A DNA stretch of 64,000 nucleotides from Octopus bimaculoides (GCF_001194135.2 NC_068989.1:19253644-19317643); one strand, 5' to 3'. Positions 14,662 to 27,530 are shown, counted from the first letter of the stretch. Notes: a model not told the origin generated them from the letters alone. Numbers and translations are program-made.

Positions 14662-15664
14662 GTTATTATTATTGCTGCTGTTGTCGCTGCTGCTGCCAAA
14701 AGCTTTGGCAGTCTTGACAGTTATGTATTTCTGTGTTGGGTAAGAAAGAAATTTGATCTCTGATATAGTTAAAAATTAATTGTAATTTATAAATAGTAAA
14801 AAGTTTTTTGGAGAGTAACTGAGAAAAGTTACAGTTTTGCTTGTTGCAATCTTAGAAATGTTCGTAATGCTCATAAATGGAGGAGTTGGATAATTCTTTT
14901 ATAATTTATTTTTCCATTTCATATCTTAGAGAAGCAAAGAGGAAGGAGAAGAAAAGAACACAGAGTTAGTGTATTATTTTTAGATCAGTCATATGGAAAG
15001 AGAATGTCTAGACAGTATAATTTTCAATGATAGCAAAAGAAAAAAGAAGAAAAAGATTGGATAAGAATTTTTGTCTTGTATTATAATAATAATAATAATA
15101 ATCATCATCATCATCATCATCGTTTAACGTCCGCTTTCCATGCTAGCATGGGTTGGACGATTAATTCTTTCTACTATAGGCACAAGGTCTTGATTTTTGT
15201 GGGGAGTGGGACAATCGATCACGTCAACCCCAGTACTTGACTGGTACTTACTTTATTGACCTCAAAAGGGGGAAAGACAAAGTTGACTTTGGTGGAATTT
15301 GAACTCAGAGCATAAAGACAGATGAAATGCCACTAAGCATTTTGCCCAGTGTGCTAATGATTCTGCCAGCACTCCAACTTTAATGATGATGATGATGATG
15401 ATAATAATAATAATGACAATGACAATGACAATAATAATAATAATAATAATAATATTCATCATCATTTAATGTTTACTTTTCCATGTTTGCATGGATCAGA
15501 TGGAATTTATCGAGACAGCTTTTCTACAGCTGGATGCTTATCCTGTCACCAAATCTCATCTGTTTCCAAGCAAAGTAATATTTCTCCATAGCTAGACATG
15601 TTTTTCATGGAAACTGGAAATGAATATCCCCATTTACAACCATCACATTCTGCTTAGGCAAGGA

Positions 15665-15701
<37 letters not shown>

Positions 15702-15918
15702 ACACACACACACACACACACACTTCAATTTCACTCTACTGAATCTACTCACAGCTTACACATCTTTGGTTAGCCTGGAGATATAGTAAAGACACTTGTC
15801 CAAGGTGCCATGCGGTGGGACTGAACCTGAGGCCACATGGTTGTATCTGTTGCTTGCTAAATGATTGCATTACCAATTACACCACAGAATTCTTGATTCT
15901 TCCCACTTTTCAGATTAA

Positions 15919-16663
15919 ATTCTATAAATTATTTCTGTTATTCTGTTATACTGACCAAACCTTTTCATTTCAACAAGATAATTCATCACATGGTACCAGA
16001 AAAGCATGCTAATTCTACTGTTGCTCTTTTTATTCTTTCATTCTTTTACTTGACTGTGGCCATGCTGGAGAGTTTTAGTTGAATGACATGTGGCCATGCC
16101 TTGAAGAATTTTAGTCAAATAAATCGACCCCAGTAGTTATTTTTTCAGGCCTGGTACTTGTTGAATTGGTCTCTTTTGTCAAACCACTAAGTGATGGGGA
16201 CATAAACACACTAATGCTGATTGTCAAGTGGTGGTGGGGTACAAACACAGACACAAAGACATATACACATACATACACACATATGCACACACACACGCAC
16301 ACAAACATGTGCACACACACACACATACACACACATACACGCACACACACACACACACACACACAAGCTTCCTTCACTTTACATCTATCAAATCCACTCA
16401 CAAGGCTTTGGTCGGTTCAAGGCTATAGTAGAAGACACTTGCCCAAGGTGCCATGCAGTGGGACTGAACCTGGAACCATGTGGTTGGAAAGCAAACTTAT
16501 TACCACACAGCTACACTTACATCTTGCTTCTTCCTTCTTTTCAAGTTAGATTCTATAAATTATTTCTGTCATTCTGTTATGCTAACCAAACCATTTCATT
16601 TCAACAAGGTAAATTCATCATATGGTACCAGAAAAACATGTTAATTTTACTGTTGATCTTTTT
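15919..16663 (+). repeat. Local direct duplication of ~113 bp of non-SINE intron sequence (15919-16031 vs 16550-16663)
   Basis: attctataaattatttctgt.attctgttat.ct.accaaacc.tttcatttcaacaag.taa.ttcatca.atggtaccagaaaa.catg.taatt.tactgttg.tctttt occurs twice, 631 nt apart. Each copy follows a SINE A head. Confidence 0.85.
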
Positions 16664-16740
16664 GGTGCTAATTATGCCTAACCATATCATTTACAATTGC
16701 TGTTCATTTATACTTATGTGATTGTATACTTCTTATTCAG

Positions 16741-16831
16741 GAAGATCCAGAATCTACTGGAAAGGATTCAGCCAGAAATGTCACATCTGAAAGGGTTCCA
16801 TTTTCTTCAAAATGTGAGGCAGAAACTGTTG
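16741..16831 (+). CDS. TRIT1: Probable internal exon of tRNA dimethylallyltransferase (variable insert region), EDPESTGKDSARNVTSERVPFSSKCEAETV
   Basis: Acceptor tcttattcag| and donor G|gtaagt are canonical. The 91-nt open frame ends in phase 1, and G+AT forms GAT in frame with the exon at 21683. There is no recognisable homology, so the call rests on splice signals and phase fit. Confidence 0.65.
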
Positions 16832-19049
16832 GTAAGTCTTCACCGAAATAATGGATTCTTTTGACAAGTTACACAAAATGAAAACGTTGATTATTTAACC
16901 CTGTAGCATTTAAACGGGCCAGCTCCAGCCTCTTGCATGTGCCCTGCAATGTCATTGTATAAATGAGCCTTACATTTGACAGTGTAATCTGAATGCTAAA
17001 GGGTCAAGAATTGGATTAAATACTGATAAATTTGTGAATTTTATGTCCATTTTCACAGCTAGATGCTTTTCCTGTCTCTAGTTCTTACTTTTTTGTTTTG
17101 TCTTCAAAAATGCAGATCTAACAGGTACTTACTTAACAGGGAATGTGAACACAACATGATTGTTAAGGGCATCTGGCAGTAGAAAATCTGCTTTTATAAA
17201 CCTTTTGCAACTCACGCAAGCATAGAAAAGTGGGCATTAATATAATGATGTTGATAAGGCTAATGATATATCTGAAGGTGCATAGTGGTTAGAATATTGG
17301 GTTTACAATTTTGAGGTTATTAGTTCAATTCCTGGACTGGGCTGTGTGTTGTGTTCTTGTGCAAAGCACCTTGTTTCACATTGCTCCAGTTCTCTCAACT
17401 GTAGGAATGAGTTGTGATGTCATTGGTGCTAAGCTGTAGTAGCTTTTGCCTTTCCCTTGGATAACATTGGTGGCACAGAGAGGGAAGATTGATATGCATG
17501 GATGACTGCTAGTCTTCCACACAAACCACCTTGCAAAGACTTGTGCTTCAGAGGAGAACTTTGCTAGTGCAATCCCATGGTCAAATCTGCTGGAAGCACT
17601 TTCTAAGGTTCCTGGACTGAATGTTTTGTCCTATATTACTTTAGTTCATCTGGTAATGTTACTTGTACTATAATAGACTTATATCTCCTCCATAGATAAA
17701 TTTATCTCTTATCCACATTATGTCTGTGAAAGCAGAGATACTCAAGGGCTTGTTTTGGCTTAGGAGACAGTTTACAGCCTAATTAGGCATAGTACTAGTT
17801 TTGGGAAGCTAACTATATAGATCTCCCACAACATAGATCTTACGTAGATGTATGTTAACAATACACACAAGTTCTAGCTTATGGCAGAAAGCTATAAAAC
17901 TTTTGTAGGATAGAGGTTTTGTCAAGTAACAGATAAAGATTGGCAAGACTTGAAATCAGAATATAAAGAATGTAAGTTAACACTACAAGGCATTCTACCA
18001 TTGCTGCCATCTCATTGCCCTAGTAATACACCTGATTTGTTTCTTTCAGAAGCATAAAGGTGTTTCTAGTTTCTTTATCACATAGAATGGATCAATACTG
18101 CTGGAGTTTTGTGATGCAAATGACTTGATGAATGATCTGCAACACTAACTTCAGGAAACCAACCATCCACCTGATCACGTATCAGTCTGTTGGGCACATA
18201 AGCTGGATTGACTACATTATCACCAGAAAGAGGGATAATTAGATTTTGTGAATATGAAGAACTTCTCTGGTGGAGAATGTACAATTCAACATAGGTTAGT
18301 AGTCAATGACTTCAGATGTAGAGATAGAAGAACTCAGAGATAGACAGCAGTCTTGAAAAGACAGATATGGGAACTTAAGTATCCTTTGAGTAGTAAGAGA
18401 TTTAGAGATGTTCAAATTGAGGCATTGACATGAAGGAGAAGGAGAGATAGAGATGTATAGCGTAGAGGACAACTGAAAGTTCTTATGGAACAACTTACTG
18501 AGGGCAACAGACCAAATCTGTGGATGGAACAAAATCCCATCCTGATGTAGTGATGGAATTGTGAGGTAGATAGAGCTATAAAAGCTAAAAGATAGACCTG
18601 GAAAGACTGGGAAAGTAGGTATCAGAGAATGATATCATATAGCAGGAAGAAAAACTAGGCAACTGGTTTACATAGCAAAGTGAGAAGCAGAAAGTAGATT
18701 TGTCAGTGTCCTACAGCATGAAGATCAGCAGGTACTGCAAACTGTAACTTATTTGTTTCCATTCCTGGTCTAAATTCACTATATAATTAGCATATTTCTT
18801 AATTCATTCCTGATATAATTCTTTTTTGGGTGACTCATTAACCTTATTGTTCTAACTTTGTGTAATCTTGAGCTCCTGGCTTCTTTGCCAATGAAACAAA
18901 AACATATTCTTTCATCTCACTGGCTATGTGTCCGTTCTCATTATATAAGTCTCCTAAGTTGTGATTGTCTAATGTTTTTTAAATGCTTCTGCTGGTATTT
19001 CATCTTCTCCACTTGTCTTTCCATCTTTGATTGACTTTATTATATTACC

Positions 19050-19085
<36 letters not shown>

Positions 19086-19086
19086 A

Positions 19087-19483
19087 GTAGCTTGCTTACC
19101 AACCACATGGTTCCGGGTTCATTCCTACTGCGTGGCACCTTGGGCAAGTGTCTTCTACTATAGCCTCAGGCCGACCGAAGCCTTGTGAGTGGATTTGGTA
19201 GACGGAAACTGAAAGAAGCCCGTCGTATATATGTATATATATATATATGTGTATGTGTGTGTATATGTCCGTGTGTCTGTGTCCCCCCAACATCGCTTGA
19301 CAACCAATGGTGGTGTGTTTAGGTCCCCGTACCTTAGCGGTTCGGCAAAAGAGAACGATAGAATAAGTACTAGGCATCCAAAGAATAAGTCCTGGGGTTG
19401 ATTTGCTCGACTAAAGGCAGTGCTCCAGCATGGCCGCAGTCAAATGACTGAAACAAGTAAAAGAGTAAAAGAGAGTAAAGAGT
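19087..19483 (+). mobile_element. SINE family A
   Basis: Matches the family A body and aaagagtaaagag tail; the first ~20 nt are missing. Confidence 0.88.
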
Positions 19484-19898
19484 ATTATTATTAAGGTAGT
19501 GTGAGCTGGTAGAATCGTTTGCACCCTGGATGAAATGCTTAGTGACATTTCATCCATCTTTACGTTGAGTTAAATTCTGCCAAGGTCGACTTTGCCTTTC
19601 ATCCTTTTGGGGTCAATAAACTAAGTACCAGTGAAACACTGGGGTCGTTGTAATGGCTGCCCTTGTGCTTATAGTAGAAAGTATTATTATGATTATTTTT
19701 ATTATTAAGGCGGTGAGCAGGCAAAATGCTTAGCAGTATTTTGCCTGTGATTACATTCTGAGTTCAAATTCCGCTGAGGTAAACTTTGCCTTTCATCCTT
19801 TCAGGGTCGATAAAATAAGTACCAGTTGAACACTGGGGTTGATGTAATCAACTCATCCTCTCCCCCAAAATTGCTGCCCATGTGGAAAAATTTGGAAC

Positions 19899-20143
19899 TA
19901 TTATTATTATTATTGTTCAGTAGTTTTATTTTTATAGCGTGCTTTCACTTCACTACCGAGCGCAGCTCTGTGTGCCTTGCGTATGTACTGTGGTTTGCTG
20001 TGATGCTCTTATGGTTACTGTATTGAAAGTGTTTTGCGTAGGATGTGTGCAGTGCCCAGTAGTGCAATTTTCTGTATGTTATATATATTTGTAAGTCCTG
20101 GTGTTTTTGTTATGCATTTGTCTGAATATTTTTTTATCATACC
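19899..20143 (-). mobile_element. 3' fragment of a second R4/Dong-like family
   Basis: Minus strand 20143-20015 reads GMIKKYSDKCITKTPGLTNIYNIQKIALLGTAHILRKTLSIQ*, the R4/Dong terminal motif QKxALLGTAxILR. A short 3' UTR and (AAT)n tail follow. Confidence 0.75.
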
Positions 20144-20151
20144 TAATTATA

Positions 20152-20356
20152 TTACTTGTTCCAGTCATTTGACTGTGGCCATGCTGGAGCACTGCCTTTA
20201 GTCAAGCAAATCGCCCCCAGGAGTTATTCTTTGTAAGCCTAATACTTACTCTATCGGTCTCTTTTGCCAAAGCGCTAAGTTACGGGGACGTAAGCACACC
20301 AGCATTTGTTGTCAAGCGATGTTGTGAGGACAAACATAGACACACAAACATATACA

Positions 20357-20430
<74 letters not shown>

Positions 20431-20595
20431 CGATGGGCTTCTTTCAGTTTCCGTCTACCAAATCCACTCACAAGGCTTTGGTTGGCCTGAGGCTATAGTA
20501 GAAGACACTTGCCCAAGGTGCCACGCAGTGGGACTGAACCCAGAACCATGTGGTTGGTAAGCAAGCTACTTACCACACAGCCACTCCTACGCCTA
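20152..20595 (-). mobile_element. SINE family A, full length
   Basis: Reverse complement of the family A consensus, including the tRNA-like head. Confidence 0.9.
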
Positions 20596-21238
20596 GGACA
20601 TTTTCAGCATGGCACCTACTCCCACATTAAAATAAAGTTTACTCTCAAAGTTTTTTGTCACTATTTCCAAGACCCCAGTAACAGCCCATTGTACCATGAC
20701 TTTATTAACTTCTGTGTTCCAGTACTTGAGGATTACCTACTTTAAGTCATTGTGATACTCTACCTTTTCTTTTTATTTCTATTTTCTATTTACTCTGCTA
20801 TCAAATAAACATGCCACATTGATTATAATACATAGTTTCTTCTTGTCACTGACTACAATATCCAGTCTATTGTGTTTTATTGTTCTTTTGTTTACTCTTA
20901 TGAAAGTTCCACAACAACCTCACTTCATTGTTTTCAAGTGCTTTTCCAAGAAAATGACTAAATCTCTTTTCTGCGCTTTTCATTTTTTTGTATTCATTCT
21001 AGGCTGTCAACATTCCAATACAACATGAGCTATAGTCTCATCTGAATCATTGCATATTCTACTTTTGGGTGAACAGTCTTACTAATCTATCATCCTGTTA
21101 ATCCATTTAGGGCCTTACCCCATCTTCCACCTTTTAATTTTTTTATCATAGCAAGTTTTCTTTATCTTCATCATTTTTGTCTTTTTTGAAAAATACTGAG
21201 TGGAGCTCCATTCCTCCAAAGTGTCTATAGTAGAAAGG

Positions 21239-21277
<39 letters not shown>

Positions 21278-21410
21278 TTGTTTTGAATTTGAGAAAGACA
21301 GACGTACTGTCGAAATATTGTTCAACGAATAAAACATCTATACAATCGAATCGCGCTCTTCGTCTTGACTATTTACCTTCGTGAAGAGTTACGTCAATCC
21401 TTTTTTAAAA

Positions 21411-21463
<53 letters not shown>

Positions 21464-21591
21464 TATGTTTGACTTTTGCTTTGCATTTGTACAAGTTGGA
21501 TCCAAGTCTCACCCAGAGACCTCAAGATACAGCAAGTTAGAAGTTCATGTAGGTGTTACGCCTAGGGTACCATATATTTCGATTTGTACAT

Positions 21592-21637
<46 letters not shown>

Positions 21638-21682
21638 GTTAAGGAATTGTTATTAAAATGTCATTTTATATTTTTCTTTTAG

Positions 21683-22175
21683 ATAATAAAGATAAGGAGT
21701 TACTTGCACACATTTCTACTGATTCTGGCAACCCTAAATATATTCCAACTGAATGTTCTCCAATTCCAAAACGTCGCAGACTCAACGCAGAACATGGCAA
21801 TGAATCTAGCAGAGATGATATCACTGCCACTCATAAATCTGAGATAGACAGCACCACTCAGTTGGTTAAAACAGAGGGAAAGAACATGGATGGAGATAGC
21901 AGTGACTCAGAAAGTAGCCACAGTGATAGGACAGAGTTAAAGGGCAGCTGCACCGATAACATTGATGTGAATGATACAGTGAGTGACAGTCATAAGGAAT
22001 ATTGTACCAGGGAAACAACTAATATTTCAGAGTGTGATATTACCAGTTTTCCACTCTGTGATATTAGACAGTGGGGCTATGAAGTAGACACTGTTCAACT
22101 TCATGCTAAACTAAAAGAATTGGATCCAACCAGTGCCCAGAAAATCCATCCAAATGATCGACGAAAATTAATCAG
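21683..22175 (+). CDS. TRIT1: Internal exon of tRNA dimethylallyltransferase (TRIT1/MiaA family): long acidic insert followed by the conserved LHAKLKELDPTSAQKIHPNDRRKLIR motif
   Basis: The 493-nt frame is open. The acceptor is tttttcttttag|AT and the donor is ATCAG|gttggt (phase 2). The C-terminal peptide matches the IPT/MiaA signature LHxxLxxxDPxxAxxIHPNDxRxxxR. Confidence 0.92.
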
Positions 22176-22412
22176 GTTGGTTGCTCGAATTAAATGTTGA
22201 TATTTCATTGCTCTTTTTTTTTAATTCAAATGCGAATTTTCTTTTTTCATCTTTTGACATTTATATTCTTATATTCTTTTAATCTCTTTACTGGTTTCAG
22301 TCATTGGACTGTGACCATGTTGGGGCACTGTCTTGGTGAGTTTAGTCAATCGAATTGACCCTGATAGTTATTTTTAAGTTTGGTACTTATTTATTGGTTT
22401 CTAGCTTACCAG

Positions 22413-22800
22413 AGTGGAGGCGCAATGGCCCAGTGGTTAGGGCAGCGGACGCGCAGTCATAGGATCGCGGTTTCGATTCCCAGACCGGGCGTTGTGAGTG
22501 TTTATTGAGCGAAAACACCTAAAGCTCCACGAGGCTCCGGCAGGGGATGGTGGCGAACCCTGCTGTACTCTTCCACCACAACTTTCTCTCACTCTTACTT
22601 CTTGTTTCTGTTGTGCCTGTAATTCAAAGGGTCAGCCTTGTCACACTGTGTCACGCTGAATATCCCCGAGACCTACATTAAGGGTACACGTGTCTGTGGA
22701 GTGCTCAGCCACTTGCATGTTAATTTCACGATCAGGCTGTTCCATTGATCGGATCGACTGGAACCCTCGATGTCGTAAGCGACGGAGTGCCAACAGCCAC
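22413..22800 (+). mobile_element. tRNA(Arg)-like SINE family C, young, nested in an older family A copy
   Basis: The head is GTGGAGGCGCAATGGCCCAGTGGTTAGG...GGTTTCGATTCCC. The 10-bp TSD is AGCTTACCAG (22403-22412 and 22801-22810). Confidence 0.9.
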
Positions 22801-23299
22801 AGCTTACCAGGACATAAACAAAAGAATACTGATTGTCAAAGACCACAACAAATATGAACTCAAACAAATACACACACACACACACACACCGTGTATATGG
22901 GCCTTGAATGCAGAAGACTACCAAAGGCAAGAAAGAAATGAGGCAGATATGTGCGCATGGATGTGAAATGTTAATACACACGAATGTCATGATGATGATC
23001 ATCATTATTTTAATGTCCACTTTTCCATGCTCACATGGGTCGGACAGAATTTTGATGCGGTGGACTTTCTATGGTTGGATGTGCTTCCTTTCACCAATGC
23101 TCACCTGTTTCCAACTTAAGTAATATTCCCTATGTCTAGATATTGTTTTCACAGAAATTTGAGAGTGAAGGACACCACTTGCTTGCTAGTGACATTCTGT
23201 CACATAACATCAAGGCAATGAGACAGTGATACACATGCATACACATGCATGCACATGAACAGACTCACATGCGCATGCACACACACACACACACACACA

Positions 23300-23770
23300 C
23301 ACCTGGGGTATGATGGGAATCAGGTGTTCTGTATAAGAGAGAAAGCTGCACTGGTGTGAGAATGTGATATACATGGAAGATGATCACTGCATTAAACATG
23401 CAAACAAGGGTATGCAAATGTTGGTAGACTACATTAAACCTACATAAAGCAACTGTGTGAAGACTGAGTGCACCTGAGAAGACCTACCACATGCAATAGC
23501 AGAGTTAACAGACTGGTGATCTGTGCAATAAGCACAACTGGATGATGATGACGATGATGATGATGAGGAGGAGGAGGAGGAGGAGAACGACGACAACACA
23601 TAAGGTTGTTGAGCAATCAAAGTGAACCTGTGGAAAAAGGAGACCGAGGAAGACTTGGCATGAAATACTGAAGGCTGACCTGAGGATGTCTCACAAAGGA
23701 GAAGGTAAAGGATCATACTCATTGGCAATATGCAGTGCTACAGAAGCCATGACCACTCATGGCAACACGT
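23300..23770 (+). mobile_element. Fragmented RTE LINE 3' remnants
   Basis: Pieces read GIRCSV.ERKLHW and GTCGKRRPRKTWHEILKADLR, separated by a (GAT/GAG)n tract. Confidence 0.5.
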
Positions 23771-24066
23771 ACCCGAATACAAGGGTTAAGAGGCTACAAT
23801 ATTATGTACCCTACCAAACCTACATCTATTGCACCCTCACCTTACATCTTCAACCCTGCTTCCCAATCACCAATTGCTTACTCCTTTTCTCCTTTCACCC
23901 ATCTCCTTATCACTCATAGACCCTTATTTCTCATCTTGCCAACACCTGATTGCACCATCTTCATCAGAATCCAACCTTCCTTCCTCCTTCACTACATCTA
24001 TGTATAGGACCACCATCAAGCCCCTACTCAATACATTCTAACTTCATCCTACTATGCTGCCAGTCA

Positions 24067-24133
<67 letters not shown>

Positions 24134-24419
24134 CAGGCTACTTCTGTTGTTACCCATCACTTACTCTCAACTTTATCTCACCATCCACCTCTACCTTTAT
24201 CTACCCCTGTCATTGCCAATCATCCCACCCTCACTTTATTCCTAATAGCCTTACCTTTTTCCATCATACTGTTGCTCTTTTCATCCCCACCTCCATCCTT
24301 ACCTTTAGCACCTCTGTTATTGCAAATCACTCACCTCCAATACCACTCCCACATATTCCTACCATCTTCCCATCATATTCTTACTCCTCCTTCTTTTCAC
24401 CCATTCTGGTTCTTATTTC

Positions 24420-24650
24420 TTTATTACCCACAAGGGGCTACACACAGAGGTGACAAACAAGGACAGACAAACGGATTAAGTCAATTATATCGACCTCAGT
24501 GCGTAACTGGTACTTATTTAATTGACCCCGAAGGGATGAAAGGCAAAGTTGACCTCGGCGGAATTTGAACTCAGAACGTAGTAGCAACAGACAAAATATC
24601 GCTAAGCATTTTGCCCGGCGTGCTAACGTTTCTGCCAGCTCATCGCCTTC
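24420..24650 (-). mobile_element. tRNA-derived SINE family B (Meta-SINE-like central domain), young copy
   Basis: The head is GGCGAGCTGGCAGAAACGTTAG with B-box GAGTTCAAATTCC, then GGTCAACTTTGCCTTTCATCCCTTCGGGGTCAAT...AAGTACC. The domain assignment is from recall. Confidence 0.85.
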
Positions 24651-25445
24651 ACCCATTCTGGTTCTTCTGATATGATTACTCCCTCTCTTTCCCCTCACTC
24701 CCTCTCATCTCCCCTCCCTCCTCCTCTCATTCTTCTCCTAGATCACCAGAGTAAATGTATGCACCCTAAATTATTGACTACTCTCTACACCCAAACTTAC
24801 ATCTCTATCTCCACCTCTCAGATACTCATTTCTGACTATAATTTTATCACTCCCTCTTCTTTCTCACTTTGGTCTACACACTAAGTTATCAATATATTAT
24901 CAACTACTCTTTCTGTATTTACACTTACCCACCACCTTACTGTTCATACAGTACAGTGGCTGGGGAGAAAAAGTGTAAGGTTGTAAGGTCCCTTTAGTCA
25001 TGTCTTACTGGGGTCTACTCAACCCTTCTAAGTTGATGTGATGAGAAAATGCACCCACTACACTTTGTGAAGTGGTTGGTAGTAGGAAGGGCATCAAGCC
25101 ATAAAACCCAAGCCAAAAGTCTATGGGAGCATTGGTTCCTAATGGGAGATGACCCAAATCATGACAACCCAATTCATGCCAGCACGGCAAGTGAAAATAA
25201 GATAACACTGCCTTTCATTTAACATCCACCTTTCCATACTTGTATGAGTTTGAATGAAGAATTAGCTAAGGAAGGAGCTTATGAGCCGAGATGCTTCTTG
25301 TAGACATCTTTTTATCTGTTCTTCAAGTTATTAGATTTCTTTATACCACAGGTCAGATATGACCTTTTGTTAACAAGGAATGAACACTACTTTGCTCAAG
25401 CAGTGACAAGGATAGAATATAAGCATACATGCAAATTTGTGTATG

Positions 25446-25870
25446 CAGGCGTAGGAGTGGCTGTGTGGTAAGTAGCTTGCTTACAAACCACATGGTTCGG
25501 GGTTCAGTCCCACTGTGTGGCACCTTGGGCAAGTGTCTTCTACTATAGCCTCGGACCGACCAATGCCTTGTGAGTGGATTTGGTAGACGGAAACTGAAAG
25601 AAGCCCGTCGTATANNNNNNNNNNNNNNNNNNNNNNNNNATATGTATGTGTGTGTATATGTCTATGTGTCTGTGTTTGTCCCCCCAACATCACTTGACAA
25701 CCGATGCTGGTGTGTTTACGTCCCCGTAACTTAGTGGTTCAGCAAAAGAGACCGATAGAATAAGTACTAGGCTTCCAAAGAATAAGTCCTGGGGTCGATT
25801 TGCTCGACTAAAGGCGGTGCTCCAGCATGGCCACAATCACATGACTGAAACAAATAAAAGAGTAAAGAGT
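25446..25870 (+). mobile_element. SINE family A, full length (small gap inside)
   Basis: Runs aggcgtaggagtggctgtgtgg...aaagagtaaagagt. Confidence 0.9.
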
Positions 25871-25899
25871 ATGCAAACACACACACACATACACCTGCA

Positions 25900-25954
<55 letters not shown>

Positions 25955-26559
25955 ACTCTCTCTCACACACACACACACACACATGATGGGCTTCTTGCAG
26001 TTTCCCTACCAAATTCCCTTGCAGGACAATGGTTGCCCTGGAACTAAAGTAGAAGACACTTGTCCAAAGTAACATGCAGTGGGATTGAACCAGAATCCCT
26101 GTGGCTTTGAAGTGAACTTGTTGACCATACAGCCATATCTATTCCTGTATATTTAGAAACTTCAAAGAAATATTATATAATAATGGTTGCTTTCTGCTAA
26201 ATGTACTAAAAATTTAGTTAATGAGGCATGAAAAAAGCATCAGTTCTCTCATTATATCTGTAAACTTTAGAGGTGGCAAACGATGCCAGTATTTAGATGA
26301 CTTACTCATTTTGCACAAACCATTCCTGATTTAGCTAAGTGCTGTTAGAATTGAAACCATGAAACTGTTTCATACAAAAAGATTATGGACAACCAATGAG
26401 GAAACAGGATTTTAATGTTAAAAGCATCCAGATGTGGCTAGATCTTCATGTTAATATAAAAGAAAAACATCTCACATCATGTTCACACAGACAGGGTAAA
26501 GAAAAGAACCTTACTCCGCTTTGTCCCATAAACTATTTTTAGTTTTAGAAATAATAATA

Positions 26560-26778
26560 ACAATCCTTTCTGCTAAAGGCATAAGGCTTGAAATTTGTTG
26601 GGAGGGGGATAGTCAATTACATTGACCCCCAGTGTTTCACTGGTACTTAATTTATTGACCCTGAAAGGATGAAAGGCAAAGTTGACCTCAGCAGAATTTG
26701 AACTCAGAATGTGCAGACAGACAAAATGCTGCTAAGCATTTTTACCTGGCATGCTAACAATTCTGCCAGCTCACTGCT

Positions 26779-26856
<78 letters not shown>

Positions 26857-27530
26857 GTGATAATGATTTCAAATTTTTGCCACAAGGGCAGAAATTTTGG
26901 GGCAAGAGAAAGTAAACTACATCGACCCTAGTACTTGACTGGTACTTATTTTATTGACCCTGAAACAATGAAAGGCAAAGTCAGCCCCAGTAGAATAGCA
27001 ACTCAGAATGTAAAGATGGATGAAATACTGCTAAGCATTTCGACCAGTGTGCTAATGATTCTGCCAGCTCACTGCCTTAATAATAATAATAATAATAATA
27101 ATAGTAATGATAATCCTTTCTACTATAAGCACAAGGCCTAGATCTTTGTAGGGAGGGGGACAATCAATCACATCAAGCCCAGTATTTGACTGGTACTTAA
27201 TTTATCAACTCCAAAAGGATGACAGGCAAAGGCGACCACAGCGGAATTTGAACTCAGAACATAGTGACAGACAAAATACTGCTAAGCATTTCGCCCCACC
27301 CCACCCCACCAATTTCAGGTCTTGTGCCTGAAATTTGGTGGGAAAGGGCTTGTAGATTACTTCGACCCGATTGCTCAACTGATAGTTGCTTCATTGATCC
27401 TGAAAGTTTGGAAGGCAAAGTCAACGATGACAGAATTTGAAATCAGAACATAAAAATGGAAGAAAAACCTCTAAGCATTTTGTTCAATGTGCTAACAGCC
27501 TTGCCTCCTTGCAGCCTTTATGATAATAAT
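26560..27530 (-). mobile_element. Cluster of four tandem SINE family B copies, mostly separated by (AAT)n; other copies at about 4640-5230(-, three), 15165-15380(-), 19495-19915(+, two), 29580-29790(-), 39377-39600(+) and 50595-50835(+)
   Basis: Repeated ggtacttattttattgaccc..aaaggatgaaaggcaaagt.gacc..gaatttgaactcagaa units. Confidence 0.8.

Noticed and set aside
14930-14964. Purine-rich 35-nt mini-exon candidate (cttag|AGAAGC...CAGA|gttagt)
   Set aside because: Weak donor, no homology and no way to fix the frame.
18078-18560. Pyrimidine-rich ORFs here and at 23830-24900 and 49700-50300 that may be old L2 or Penelope remnants
   Set aside because: No diagnostic motif could be read with confidence, so they were left unannotated.
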